Of a stretch of 54,334 bases of DNA, positions 44,479 to 53,055 are shown one piece after another; the stretch's first letter is position 1; each line of letters starts with the position of its first letter. Location of the stretch: positions 1-54,334 of the forward strand of contig JBJDZN010000078.1 in NCBI GenBank assembly GCA_051868045.1, given 5' to 3'. The DNA is from Eubacteriales bacterium. Its GTDB lineage: Bacteria; Bacillota; Clostridia; Oscillospirales; CAG-272. A model generated the notes under the pieces. The model had not been told where the DNA came from. It ran no database searches and was given only the letters and a program-made list of their open reading frames with translations. A program made the position numbers and the translations under genes.

Positions 44479-44481
44479 GCC

Positions 44482-44510
44482 ATTGTAGCATATTTTCCCT
44501 CAAAAGTCAA
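44482..44510 (-). promoter_or_regulatory. Sigma-A promoter for the valS T-box leader
   Basis: On the minus strand: TTGACT (44510-44505), 17-nt spacer ending TGC, TACAAT (44487-44482). Confidence 0.7.
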
Positions 44511-44592
44511 GATTTATTTTAAAAAAAGATAAAAATGGTGAATCTCGCTAAAAAAAATTGCTTTTTGTTCACGAAAATAGCACTTTTCCATG

Positions 44593-44621
44593 TTGACAAA
44601 TTCATGATTTTCTTGTATAAT
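44593..44621 (+). promoter_or_regulatory. Sigma-A promoter for the LtaS-family gene
   Basis: TTGACA (44593-44598), 17-nt spacer ending TTG, TATAAT (44616-44621). Confidence 0.75.
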
Positions 44622-44662
44622 ACACTTTGTGTATTTTGCGAAAGGAAGGTGTATCTGTCGAA

Positions 44663-46807
44663 ATGAGGTTTGAAGTGCAAAAAAATCCCATATTCTACTG
44701 CAAAATCGGGATTATTTGCCTTTTATATTCGATTATAGCGTATGCACTGGGGGTTCATGCTGTCGTTGCTGTACTGGCAGGGCTCTTGCTCGGAGCTTCG
44801 TTGTCTGTACGGATACGTTTTTCGGAGGATACCAGCAAAATTCTGGTTATTCCCATTCTGATCATTACCTCGGTCGCAATTTTTCTTTATATGCAGTATA
44901 TTATCAGCGCAGGACTTGTCCTGATGAAGCTCCCGATGCTGATTCTCAATGTGATTTTCCTGTTTTCTCTCCAGTTTGTTCTGTTTGCCCTGTGCGGAAG
45001 CGTCCGTGCATCGGTGCTGACCATCCTTGGAATTTCGTCTATCGTGGGTCTGATTGACAATCTGGTGGTTCAGACCAGATCCCGTGAGATCTGTTTCTCC
45101 GATTTCTGGTCCATTTCCACGGGCATGAGTGTGGTGTCGAGCTATTCCTTCACCCTGCCTGCCGTGACCCTTGGGGCGATTTTCCTGCTCCCGCCCTTCG
45201 TGATTCTGATTTTCCGAACCGAATTCTGGCATTATGTGGGGATAAAGCTCCGTCTGTCTGCCGTAGCAAGTGGAAGTGCGGCGCTGGTTGTCATCTCCGT
45301 TCTGTTGTCAACCACATGGGGAATCCGACTGATCGGCTTCAACGAGCAGTACTGGCGGTATAATGCCTCTGCCATTAACGGATTCTATCTGAATCTGATT
45401 CATACCGCTTCCTCAACCAAGGTGACGGTGCCGTCGGGGTACTCGCTGGACGGCATCAGCCTCCTGCTCAAGGAATATCAGGACAACACCCCCGAAAGTC
45501 CCGATACTGCCATTGAGAATCCCCCTGAAACCGAACCCGGAACCACCCCCGGAACCAATCCTGTTCCCGACACATCCTCTCCGGATACCGAGGAACCCCA
45601 ACAGAAACCCAATCTGATCGTCATCATGGACGAGACCTTCTCCGATCTTCAGTCCGTTTCCAAATGGATGATTGCCAACGGGTACGATGCCGAGGAACTG
45701 GTAACCGACATAGAGGTTTTGCCCTTTTGGAACTCCCTGTCCTCCGATTCTTCCAATGTGGAAAAGGGATGGGCGATTTCGTCGGTTTACGGCGGGAATA
45801 CGGCAAACAGCGAATTTGAATTCCTGACGGGCAACAGCATGGCGTTCCTGCCTGCCAATACCGTTCCCTACAATCTCTATCTGAATAGTGATAACGCCTT
45901 CTCGATCGTGGATCTTCTCAATAAGGAGGGCTATCTGACGGTGGGCATCCATCCGGAGGACCCCAGCAACTGGAGCAGAGACAAGATCTATTCCTATTAC
46001 GGCTTTGAGCAAACCCTGTTCATGGATGGCTTCACCGATCTGACCGATGAAGACTATTATCGGGGTCATATCAGCGACAGTGCTGTGTTCGATCAGATTA
46101 TCAAGTTGTATGAGGAAAAGGAAGAGGGAACCCCGCTCTTCACCTTTGCCGTCACCATGGCTAACCACGGCGGGTACAGTACCGACGGTTTCGAATCCAC
46201 CGTTACGATTTTGGGACACGAGAATTACAGTTCTCTTCAGGAGTATCTGTCCTCTATTCACGAGTCCGATCAGGCGATCCGTGAGCTGATCAGCTATTTT
46301 GAGTCGGCAGACGAGGACACTATTATCGTGATCTTCGGCGACCATCAGCCCAATATGCCCGATTATATCTACCCGCTCTTCTTCGGAATCGGCGATAATA
46401 CCGCATCGGAGGAGTGGCAGTCCCGCTATGCGATCCCCTATCTGATTTGGGCAAACTTCGATTTTGAGGACGAGCAGAGTGAAATCACCTCTCTGAACTA
46501 TCTGTCCGGAAAGATGCTGGAGATTGCCGACATCGAAATGACCGAATATCTGAAGTTTGTCGCCAATCTGCGCAAGATTTATCCCGCCATCTCTGCTGCC
46601 GGCTACTGGGACAGCGAGGGAGTCTTCCATTCCCTTACAGGTCAGCACGCCCCCGCAACCGAGAATATGCTTCTGCTGTATGAGTACCTGGAATATAATG
46701 CGCTCTTCGATAAGACGGAGAACAAACTGCTTCAGTGGTTTGTCAGGGAAGTCCCGGAAGCTGCCGCCACCCTGCCTGAGACCAAAGAGCAGACCGAATC
46801 CCCCTGA
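44663..46807 (+). CDS. LTA synthase-family (sulfatase-fold) membrane protein / phosphoglycerol transferase-like
   Basis: The N-terminus is polytopic, followed by a Pro/Thr/Glu-rich linker (PESPDTAIENPPETEPGTTPGTNPVPDTSSPDTEEP). The extracellular sulfatase-like domain has PNLIVIMDETFSD, GNTANSEFEFLTG, TMANHGGY and IFGDHQP. Confidence 0.85.
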   Translation: MRFEVQKNPIFYCKIGIICLLYSIIAYALGVHAVVAVLAGLLLGASLSVRIRFSEDTSKILVIPILIITSVAIFLYMQYIISAGLVLMKLPMLILNVIFLFSLQFVLFALCGSVRASVLTILGISSIVGLIDNLVVQTRSREICFSDFWSISTGMSVVSSYSFTLPAVTLGAIFLLPPFVILIFRTEFWHYVGIKLRLSAVASGSAALVVISVLLSTTWGIRLIGFNEQYWRYNASAINGFYLNLIHTASSTKVTVPSGYSLDGISLLLKEYQDNTPESPDTAIENPPETEPGTTPGTNPVPDTSSPDTEEPQQKPNLIVIMDETFSDLQSVSKWMIANGYDAEELVTDIEVLPFWNSLSSDSSNVEKGWAISSVYGGNTANSEFEFLTGNSMAFLPANTVPYNLYLNSDNAFSIVDLLNKEGYLTVGIHPEDPSNWSRDKIYSYYGFEQTLFMDGFTDLTDEDYYRGHISDSAVFDQIIKLYEEKEEGTPLFTFAVTMANHGGYSTDGFESTVTILGHENYSSLQEYLSSIHESDQAIRELISYFESADEDTIIVIFGDHQPNMPDYIYPLFFGIGDNTASEEWQSRYAIPYLIWANFDFEDEQSEITSLNYLSGKMLEIADIEMTEYLKFVANLRKIYPAISAAGYWDSEGVFHSLTGQHAPATENMLLLYEYLEYNALFDKTENKLLQWFVREVPEAAATLPETKEQTESP

Positions 46808-46818
46808 ATACCGAAATG

Positions 46819-46853
46819 ACCCGATCCTGACCATGGGATCGGGTATATTTTTC
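46819..46853 (+). terminator. Intrinsic terminator after the LtaS-family gene
   Basis: ACCCGATCC-TGACCATG-GGATCGGGT followed by ATATTTTT. Confidence 0.8.
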
Positions 46854-46950
46854 TCTTTCTGCGGCATAATAGCCACAGATCGGTGCGCACGAGCTGTTTT
46901 TTTGTGCTGATCGAAAAGTGAATGCTTTTGTGTGACGGAAAGGGAAGATA

Positions 46951-47898
46951 ATGATGGATTATAAAAGCAAACGGAAGGTCATTCTCATCGGAGCAGGACT
47001 TGTGGGAATGTCCTTTGCCTATGCGGCGATGGTAACCCATGCCTGCGATGAGCTGGGAATTATCGACATTGATAAAAAGAGAGCCTGGGGCGAGGCATCC
47101 GACCTCAGTCACGGACTTGCCTTCTCAGGCGGAAATATGAAGATTTACTCCGCCGAATATGAGGACTGCTCGGATGCCGATCTGGCAGTGATCTGTGCAG
47201 GCGTTCCCCAAAAGCCGGGGGAGGATCGGATTTCGCTGTATTCCCGGAACTGTCAGGTTTTCGACAGCATTCTGGATCCCCTGAAAGCCAGCGGATTCGG
47301 CGGCATACTGCTGATCGCCTCCAATCCGGTGGATATGATGACCCTGTATTCCAGAGAGCATACCGGGTATCCCAAGGAGAGGGTCATCGGCAGCGGAACC
47401 ACTTTGGACAGTGCCAGACTGCGCTATCTGCTGGGCAGTTATTTCGGCGTTGATCCCAGGAATGTTCACGCTTATGTCATGGGTGAGCATGGCGACAGCG
47501 AATTTGTCCCCTGGTCGCAGGCATACTTGTCCACCAAAAGCATTTTGTCCATCGTGAAGGAAAGAAGTGATTTCTCGATGGATCAGCTTTACGGCATCGA
47601 AAACGAGGTACGGGAGGCGGCGTATCGGATCATAGAGGCAAAGAGAGCCACCTATTATGGCATCGGCATGGCACTGCTGCGAATCGTCAAGGCGGTTTTG
47701 TCCGATGAGGGCAGCGTGCTGACCCTGTCCGCCTGCCTTGACGGAGAATACGGGCAGTCGGGAATTTATGCGGGCGTTCCCTGTATCGTTGGAGCCGAGG
47801 GCGTAAAACGGGTGCTGACCCTTGATCTGACCGATGCCGAGCGGGAAAAACTGGCACATTCCTGCGATCTGCTCAGACAGTACAGCGAGACGAGATAG
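46951..47898 (+). CDS. ldh: L-lactate dehydrogenase
   Basis: VILIGAGLVGMSFAY (NAD-binding), GVPQKPGEDR, IGSGTTLDSARLRY and GEHGDSEF (catalytic His). RBS GGAAAGGGAAG. Confidence 0.92.
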   Translation: MMDYKSKRKVILIGAGLVGMSFAYAAMVTHACDELGIIDIDKKRAWGEASDLSHGLAFSGGNMKIYSAEYEDCSDADLAVICAGVPQKPGEDRISLYSRNCQVFDSILDPLKASGFGGILLIASNPVDMMTLYSREHTGYPKERVIGSGTTLDSARLRYLLGSYFGVDPRNVHAYVMGEHGDSEFVPWSQAYLSTKSILSIVKERSDFSMDQLYGIENEVREAAYRIIEAKRATYYGIGMALLRIVKAVLSDEGSVLTLSACLDGEYGQSGIYAGVPCIVGAEGVKRVLTLDLTDAEREKLAHSCDLLRQYSETR

Positions 47899-48025
47899 GC
47901 AGGATAAAGGGGCAACCTGCGGAAATTTTTTGCCCGGATTGCCCCTTGGGCTCGATTTAAAACGGTTCTGCGTGCTGCCGAAAGGTCGGACTTGGTGAAA
48001 AAAACACCTTTTTTTGTTAAATGCC

Positions 48026-48054
48026 TTGACAGTCCGATTCGCTTATGGTAAAAT
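48026..48054 (+). promoter_or_regulatory. Sigma-A promoter for the NUDIX gene
   Basis: TTGACA (48026-48031), 17-nt spacer ending TGG, TAAAAT (48049-48054). Confidence 0.7.
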
Positions 48055-48129
48055 AAATACAATGGGTAAAATGTGAATTTCATGTTCAGACTTTCGGCAG
48101 AATGAAAGAAGCCGATGGGAGGTGATTGA

Positions 48130-48642
48130 ATGGTTGAACTATGGGATGTCTATGACGGACACGGTCGGAAGATCGGAGGCAGGGTCTCACAACGGGGTCA
48201 GCATGATCTTCGGGACGGGGAATACCATCTTGTGGTTTACATATGGATCATCAATGACAGAAACGAGATCATTATTTCAAAAAGGCAGAAGGGGAAGACC
48301 TTTGAGGGACTCTGGGAATGTACCGGCGGATGCGCCAAGCAGGGCGATACCTCCCTGTCTGCGGCAATCCGGGAGGTCGGCGAGGAACTGGGGCTGTCTC
48401 TGGATCCCAAACGGGGAGAGTTATATACCCGGTATCTGCGGGACTATCCCGAGGGAGCCAAGGCAATCTGTGATGTCTGGGTGTTCAGACAGAATTTCAC
48501 CCCCGATCAGTTCAATCTGCAGTCTTCCGAGGTCAGCGATGTCCGTATCATCTCCCGATCCGATCTTGAGCGCATGAGCCGCCGCAGCGATTTTTCCCGT
48601 TATTTCTATCTGCGCAAAATGCTGAGAAAATACTGTGGCTGA
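48130..48642 (+). CDS. NUDIX hydrolase
   Basis: Nudix box GGCAKQGDTSLSAAIREVGEELGL (GX5EX7REUXEEXGU). RBS GGGAGGTG. Confidence 0.88.
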   Translation: MVELWDVYDGHGRKIGGRVSQRGQHDLRDGEYHLVVYIWIINDRNEIIISKRQKGKTFEGLWECTGGCAKQGDTSLSAAIREVGEELGLSLDPKRGELYTRYLRDYPEGAKAICDVWVFRQNFTPDQFNLQSSEVSDVRIISRSDLERMSRRSDFSRYFYLRKMLRKYCG

Positions 48643-48748
48643 TTTTCATTGATCGGTATAACCTTTCATTCCGACTCTTTGACTTGAATTTTCTTTTTGC
48701 ATAGAAGACCTCCCTCTTTCATAAAATGTTTTGAAATGAGGGAGTCTA

Positions 48749-49264
48749 TTGGCGTATTGTACAGAACACTTGGATAATCGAACGGACCGCAGATCCCGGC
48801 AGATTCTTTTCTGGCAGATTACCCGTCCGGTTCTGAAAAGCGGGGCGGGAAGGGAGCAGATCAATCGCTTTCTCAGCGACTTCACCGATGCCTATCGGGG
48901 CTGCATAGAGGGAAGGCTCCTTCCGATGCTGGAGGAGCAGTATCAGAAGGCGAACCGTGCGGAGCGGATCGCCCGTTTTCCCTATCATGTCCGTCTGTCC
49001 TGCCTGTGCAGAGAGATGGATTCGGTCTTTTCCACCCATTTTTCTGCAGAAGTTTTTTCGGGATCGGAAACGGTATCGTTGACTCTGCGCTCCTTCGTCT
49101 GGAACAGCGAAAGCGGGAATCTGCTTAATCTGTCCGATCTTGCGGGAAAGCACCTGGCATCGGCAAGATCGGGCTGGTCCTTCTATCTCGCCGCCGACGG
49201 ACTGCGGCTCTATCGCACCGATCGGCACGGGAAGATCACAAAGCGTGAAAAATACCCCACATAA
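48749..49264 (+). CDS. Hypothetical protein (possibly DUF3298/DUF4163-like), TTG start
   Basis: 171 aa with GAGGGAG upstream of the TTG at 48749. Its composition is protein-like, unlike the R/P/C-rich antisense ORF at 48746-49342. No firm motif. Confidence 0.5.
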   Translation: MAYCTEHLDNRTDRRSRQILFWQITRPVLKSGAGREQINRFLSDFTDAYRGCIEGRLLPMLEEQYQKANRAERIARFPYHVRLSCLCREMDSVFSTHFSAEVFSGSETVSLTLRSFVWNSESGNLLNLSDLAGKHLASARSGWSFYLAADGLRLYRTDRHGKITKREKYPT

Positions 49265-49317
49265 AAACGGAATCTCCCTCATAGATTGGTAGCAAACCAG
49301 ATTCGGGGGGATATTCC

Positions 49318-49797
49318 ATGTTTGTTTATTCGGTAAAGGCATCCAGCGTGCGATTTTTCACGGCGATGGTGCTGTCGGTGGCGGTTCTGCTGGCACTGAT
49401 CCTGCTGATTCCGACCTATGAGCCGGTGTCTGCTGAGGCATCGGGGACGATCAGCTACGACAAGATCAAGAGCGATGAGGATCGGATCAGCTTTCTCAAT
49501 GGGCTGGGCTGGGAGGTGGAATCCGAGCCTGTAGAGACCAAAGAGGTTACGATTCCGTCAGAATTTGATGCGGTTTTTCTGGAGTACAACAATCTTCAGA
49601 AGATGCAGGGGCTGGATCTGTCCCGGTATAAGCGCAAAACGGTGGTTCGCTATACCTATGAAATCACCAATTACAAGGACTACGACGGAACGGTTTATGC
49701 CAATCTGTTGATCTATCGGAATAAGATCGTCGGCGGCGACATCTGCTCTGCCGATTCCGGCGGATTTGTGGCAACCTTCGACAATCGGAAGGTCTGA
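49318..49797 (+). CDS. DUF4830-like membrane-anchored protein
   Basis: 159 aa with an N-terminal anchor (FFTAMVLSVAVLLALILLIP). LNGLGWEV...VTIPSEFDAVFLEYNNLQKMQGLDLSRYKRKTV is typical of that family as I remember it. Confidence 0.7.
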   Translation: MFVYSVKASSVRFFTAMVLSVAVLLALILLIPTYEPVSAEASGTISYDKIKSDEDRISFLNGLGWEVESEPVETKEVTIPSEFDAVFLEYNNLQKMQGLDLSRYKRKTVVRYTYEITNYKDYDGTVYANLLIYRNKIVGGDICSADSGGFVATFDNRKV

Positions 49798-49841
49798 CCC
49801 AAAGAAAGAATGACTTTTTTGAAAGGCACGGATAAGAGAAA

Positions 49842-51071
49842 ATGACGGAATATACCTATGTCGCCACCTGTCTGTTCGGACTGGAACGGATGCTGGGCGA
49901 GGAAATTGATGCACTGGGATATAAGCGGCTGGAAACCATCGACGGACGGGTGATCTTTACCGGCGATGAGGGTGCGGTTGCCAGATGCAATCTCTGGCTC
50001 CGCACCGCCGAGCGGCTTTTTCTTTTGGTGGGAACCACCCCTGCCTACACCTTTGATGATCTTTTTGAGGGAGTCCGTGGGATGCCTTGGGAGGACTATG
50101 TGGGCAGAGACGATGCCTTCCCGGTCAGTGGGCACTCGGTAGGGAGCGTTCTGACCTCCATTCCCGCTCTCCAGTCGGTGGTTCAGAAGGCGATTGCCGA
50201 GCGGATGAAGGCGGCATATGAGATCGACTGGTGTCCCGCCAACGGGGTGAAAATGTCGATCGAATTCTTTATCTTAAAGGATCGGGCATCCCTGATGCTG
50301 GACCTTAGCGGAACGGCTCTGCATAAACGGGGGTACCGTCCTGCCGCCAATGCCGCACCCCTTCGGGAGACGCTGGCGGCGGCACTGGTCAAGCTCGCCC
50401 GTCCCCGTGAGGATGTGCTGTTCTGGGATCCCATGTGCGGAAGCGGAACCATCCCCATTGAGGCGGCACTGATCATGGCGAACATCGCACCCGGACTCCA
50501 TCGGCACTTTTCCGCCGAGGAATATGATTTTCTGCCCATGTCCATTTGGGAAGACGCCCGTGAGGAGGCAAAATCGGCGATCCGGGAGACGACCTTTGAG
50601 GCATATGCCTCCGATATTGATCCTGCCTGCGTGGAGCTTGCCAAGGAGAACTGCCGCCGTGCCGGTGTCACCAAGTGGGTAAAGGCGTTCGAACGGGATG
50701 CTTTGGAGATCAAAACCGGCGGCAGACGGGGAACCATCGTCTGCAATCCCCCCTACGGCGAGCGGCTGTTCACCATGGAGCAGACCGAAAAGCTGTATAG
50801 GGATATGGGCAGACACTTTGCCACACTGGACAACTGGCAGATCTACATTTTGACCTCCCATGAGCAGTTCGAGCGTCTCTACGGCAGACGGGCGGATAAG
50901 GTCCGGAAGCTGTACAACGGCATGATCAAGTGCGGATATTATCAATTTTTCAAGAAATCCGACGGAAAAATCCCGTCGGACAAGCCCAAATTCAATCATT
51001 TTCCGGATAAATCCGGGAGAAAGGAATCCTATGGCAAAGGAACTCAAGACAAACGCAATGCGGATTCTTGA
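49842..51071 (+). CDS. THUMP-domain class I SAM-dependent RNA methyltransferase (RlmL/YpsC-like)
   Basis: N-terminal THUMP region, SAM motif I DPMCGSGTIPIEAA and catalytic NPPY (IVCNPPYGERL). A Lys-rich C-terminal tail overlaps ybaK by 41 nt. Confidence 0.88.
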   Translation: MTEYTYVATCLFGLERMLGEEIDALGYKRLETIDGRVIFTGDEGAVARCNLWLRTAERLFLLVGTTPAYTFDDLFEGVRGMPWEDYVGRDDAFPVSGHSVGSVLTSIPALQSVVQKAIAERMKAAYEIDWCPANGVKMSIEFFILKDRASLMLDLSGTALHKRGYRPAANAAPLRETLAAALVKLARPREDVLFWDPMCGSGTIPIEAALIMANIAPGLHRHFSAEEYDFLPMSIWEDAREEAKSAIRETTFEAYASDIDPACVELAKENCRRAGVTKWVKAFERDALEIKTGGRRGTIVCNPPYGERLFTMEQTEKLYRDMGRHFATLDNWQIYILTSHEQFERLYGRRADKVRKLYNGMIKCGYYQFFKKSDGKIPSDKPKFNHFPDKSGRKESYGKGTQDKRNADS

Positions 51072-51507
51072 CAGCAGGAAAATCCCCTATACGGTCAATC
51101 TTTATACCTGCGACGAATTTATCGACGGCGTTCATATCGCCGATCAGCTTGGACAACCCTATGAATCCTCCTTCAAGACTCTGGTGGCAGTGGGAAAGAG
51201 CGGGGAGCATTATGTCTTCGTCCTGCCCATTGCAGAGGAGCTGGATTTCAAAAAATGCGCCCAAGCGGTTGGAGAAAAGGCGGTAGAGCTGATCGCAGTG
51301 AAAGACATCCTGAAGCTGACCGGTTATGTCCGGGGCGGATGTACCCCTATCGGTATGAAAAAGCTCTTCCCGACGGTGATTCATGAAAGTGCCAAATCCT
51401 TTGATACCATTATTATCAGTGGAGGAAGGATCGGAGCCCAGATCATGCTGAGTCCCATGGATCTGGCAACCGTCACCAATGCCCGATTTGGCGATCTGAT
51501 CCGATAA
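51031..51507 (+). CDS. ybaK: Cys-tRNA(Pro)/Cys-tRNA(Cys) deacylase YbaK
   Basis: 158 aa. MAKELKTNAMRILDSRKIPY..., FKTLV and GGCTPIG motifs of the YbaK/EbsC family. RBS GAGAAAGGAA. Confidence 0.88.
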   Translation: MAKELKTNAMRILDSRKIPYTVNLYTCDEFIDGVHIADQLGQPYESSFKTLVAVGKSGEHYVFVLPIAEELDFKKCAQAVGEKAVELIAVKDILKLTGYVRGGCTPIGMKKLFPTVIHESAKSFDTIIISGGRIGAQIMLSPMDLATVTNARFGDLIR

Positions 51508-51551
51508 AAAATCGTTGTTGCAGCAAAAATTGCTGTAACAACGATTTTTTT
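51506..51551. terminator. Bidirectional terminator between convergent ybaK and udg
   Basis: AAAAAATCGTTGTTGCAGC-AAAAATT-GCTGTAACAACGATTTTTTT. Confidence 0.85.
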
Positions 51552-51566
51552 GCAACGGAAAAGGAA

Positions 51567-52133
51567 TTATTTTCCCATTTCCTTGTATTTGCGGTATTTT
51601 TCGGCAACCACCTTCATGTCCTCCATCATCTGCTCCTTGTAGGTGGGATTACCCCGAAGCAGCAGAGAGGGATGGTAGACGGCAGTCATCTCAAAAGAAC
51701 CCTTCTGAACCCACTGTCCGTGCTCTTTGGTGATCTTGTAGTCGGGGCGAATCAGCCGCATGGCGGAAATCCGACCCAGACAGACGATCATTTTCGGCTT
51801 GACCAGCCGGACCTGCTCCCGCAGATAGCTGATGCAGACGTCCTGCTCCTCATCCTTGGGGTCCCGGTTCTTTGGCGGACGGCATTTGAGCATATTGCAT
51901 ATGTAGACATCCTCTCTTGGAATATCCACTGCGGCGAAATATCGGTCCAGAAGCTGTCCCGCTCTTCCCACGAAGGGAATGCCGCTGAGGTCCTCGTTTT
52001 CTCCCGGTGCCTCGCCCACAAACATCAGAACGCTGTCCCGATTGCCCGTGCCGAAAACCAGATGGGTCCGGGTGGCACCCAACGGGCATTTCTGACAGCT
52101 TTGACAGGTCTTTTCCAGTTCATCCCATGTCAT
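51567..52133 (-). CDS. Uracil-DNA glycosylase, family 4
   Basis: CQKCPL (Fe-S Cys), FVGEAPGENED, GIPFVGRAGQLLD and YHPSLLLR motifs. Confidence 0.9.
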   Translation of the reverse strand: MTWDELEKTCQSCQKCPLGATRTHLVFGTGNRDSVLMFVGEAPGENEDLSGIPFVGRAGQLLDRYFAAVDIPREDVYICNMLKCRPPKNRDPKDEEQDVCISYLREQVRLVKPKMIVCLGRISAMRLIRPDYKITKEHGQWVQKGSFEMTAVYHPSLLLRGNPTYKEQMMEDMKVVAEKYRKYKEMGK

Positions 52134-52282
52134 AACTTTTTTCCTTCCTTACTTAACCTTACTTTACTTCTTGCTTTTATCATCATTTTTGAAATTTATA
52201 AATCGGAACGATAATAATCGGACAAAACCGGAGTCGGGGCAAAAAAGGCAGGGACGGGTGCGATTCGGGCAATGACGGATTT

Positions 52283-52867
52283 TTATCCTTCCGAGCTTGC
52301 CAGAGCGGACAGCAGACCCACAGCATGACCCTTGCAGAGGGTGATTCCGTGCTCGGATATGTAGCTGGAAAACCCAGGGTCCAGTGCCGTGCCGAATTCG
52401 GACAGCAGATCGGACTTTTTGAGCCGCCCATACATTCCGTCAGTAAGCTGCAGATAGTAGCCGCTTTGATCAAAATATGCCGAACTGGATCCCGTAAAAT
52501 GCAGAGAATCCAGAAGGCGGCAGGCAGATAGCAGGTCTTCGATCCGATGGAAGCCGTAGATGCTCTGCCCTACGTTACGGGACAGGATGGGCAGACCGAT
52601 GTTCTCCTCTTCTTTCTCCCGATCGGAGACTCTTGTTACATACATTTCACAGCCGCCGGAGCCACTGCCGTATACCTGAACCGAAACGGTATCCACGGCG
52701 GCATCAAAACCGGTTTCATGCTTGGCATCGTCCAGAATGGTCCAGAAGGCACGGCGGGTTTCGGTATTGTCGTAGCTGAATTTGTCGAAATCCAAGGCAT
52801 ATTTTTCCATGTCTTCTTTGGTCAGCGTGATTTTCAGTTTATCATTGTCGATTTTCAAAAGCTCCAT
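52283..52867 (-). CDS. mecA: Adaptor protein MecA
   Basis: MELLKIDNDKLKITLTKEDMEKYALDFD... is the MecA N-terminal domain, with a short linker and a C-terminal ClpC-binding domain. RBS GGAGGAG. Confidence 0.85.
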   Translation of the reverse strand: MELLKIDNDKLKITLTKEDMEKYALDFDKFSYDNTETRRAFWTILDDAKHETGFDAAVDTVSVQVYGSGSGGCEMYVTRVSDREKEEENIGLPILSRNVGQSIYGFHRIEDLLSACRLLDSLHFTGSSSAYFDQSGYYLQLTDGMYGRLKKSDLLSEFGTALDPGFSSYISEHGITLCKGHAVGLLSALASSEG

Positions 52868-53055
52868 AATGCTCCTCCATGCGAAATGTCGTCGGAAATT
52901 GAAGCCATCCTCGCCATCCTAACGATGTGGAAATCCTTTTTTCAGGGAGAGAATCGCCTCAAGATAGTATACTCTATTATAGTCCATCCGTGACAAAAAG
53001 GGAAGAGCAAAATTTCTTGAAAATCTGGGAAAACCTGCCAAAACAGGGAATACAA

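Noticed and set aside
45413-46876. 487-aa ORF on the minus strand
   Set aside because: It lies antisense to the LtaS-family gene. The sequence is G/R/I-rich and does not look protein-like.
48746-49342. 198-aa minus-strand ORF competing with the 48749-49264 plus-strand ORF
   Set aside because: Its composition is R/P/C-rich. It overlaps the start of the DUF4830-like gene and has no SD. The plus-strand ORF is more protein-like and co-directional with its neighbours. Confidence in the plus-strand call is still only moderate.
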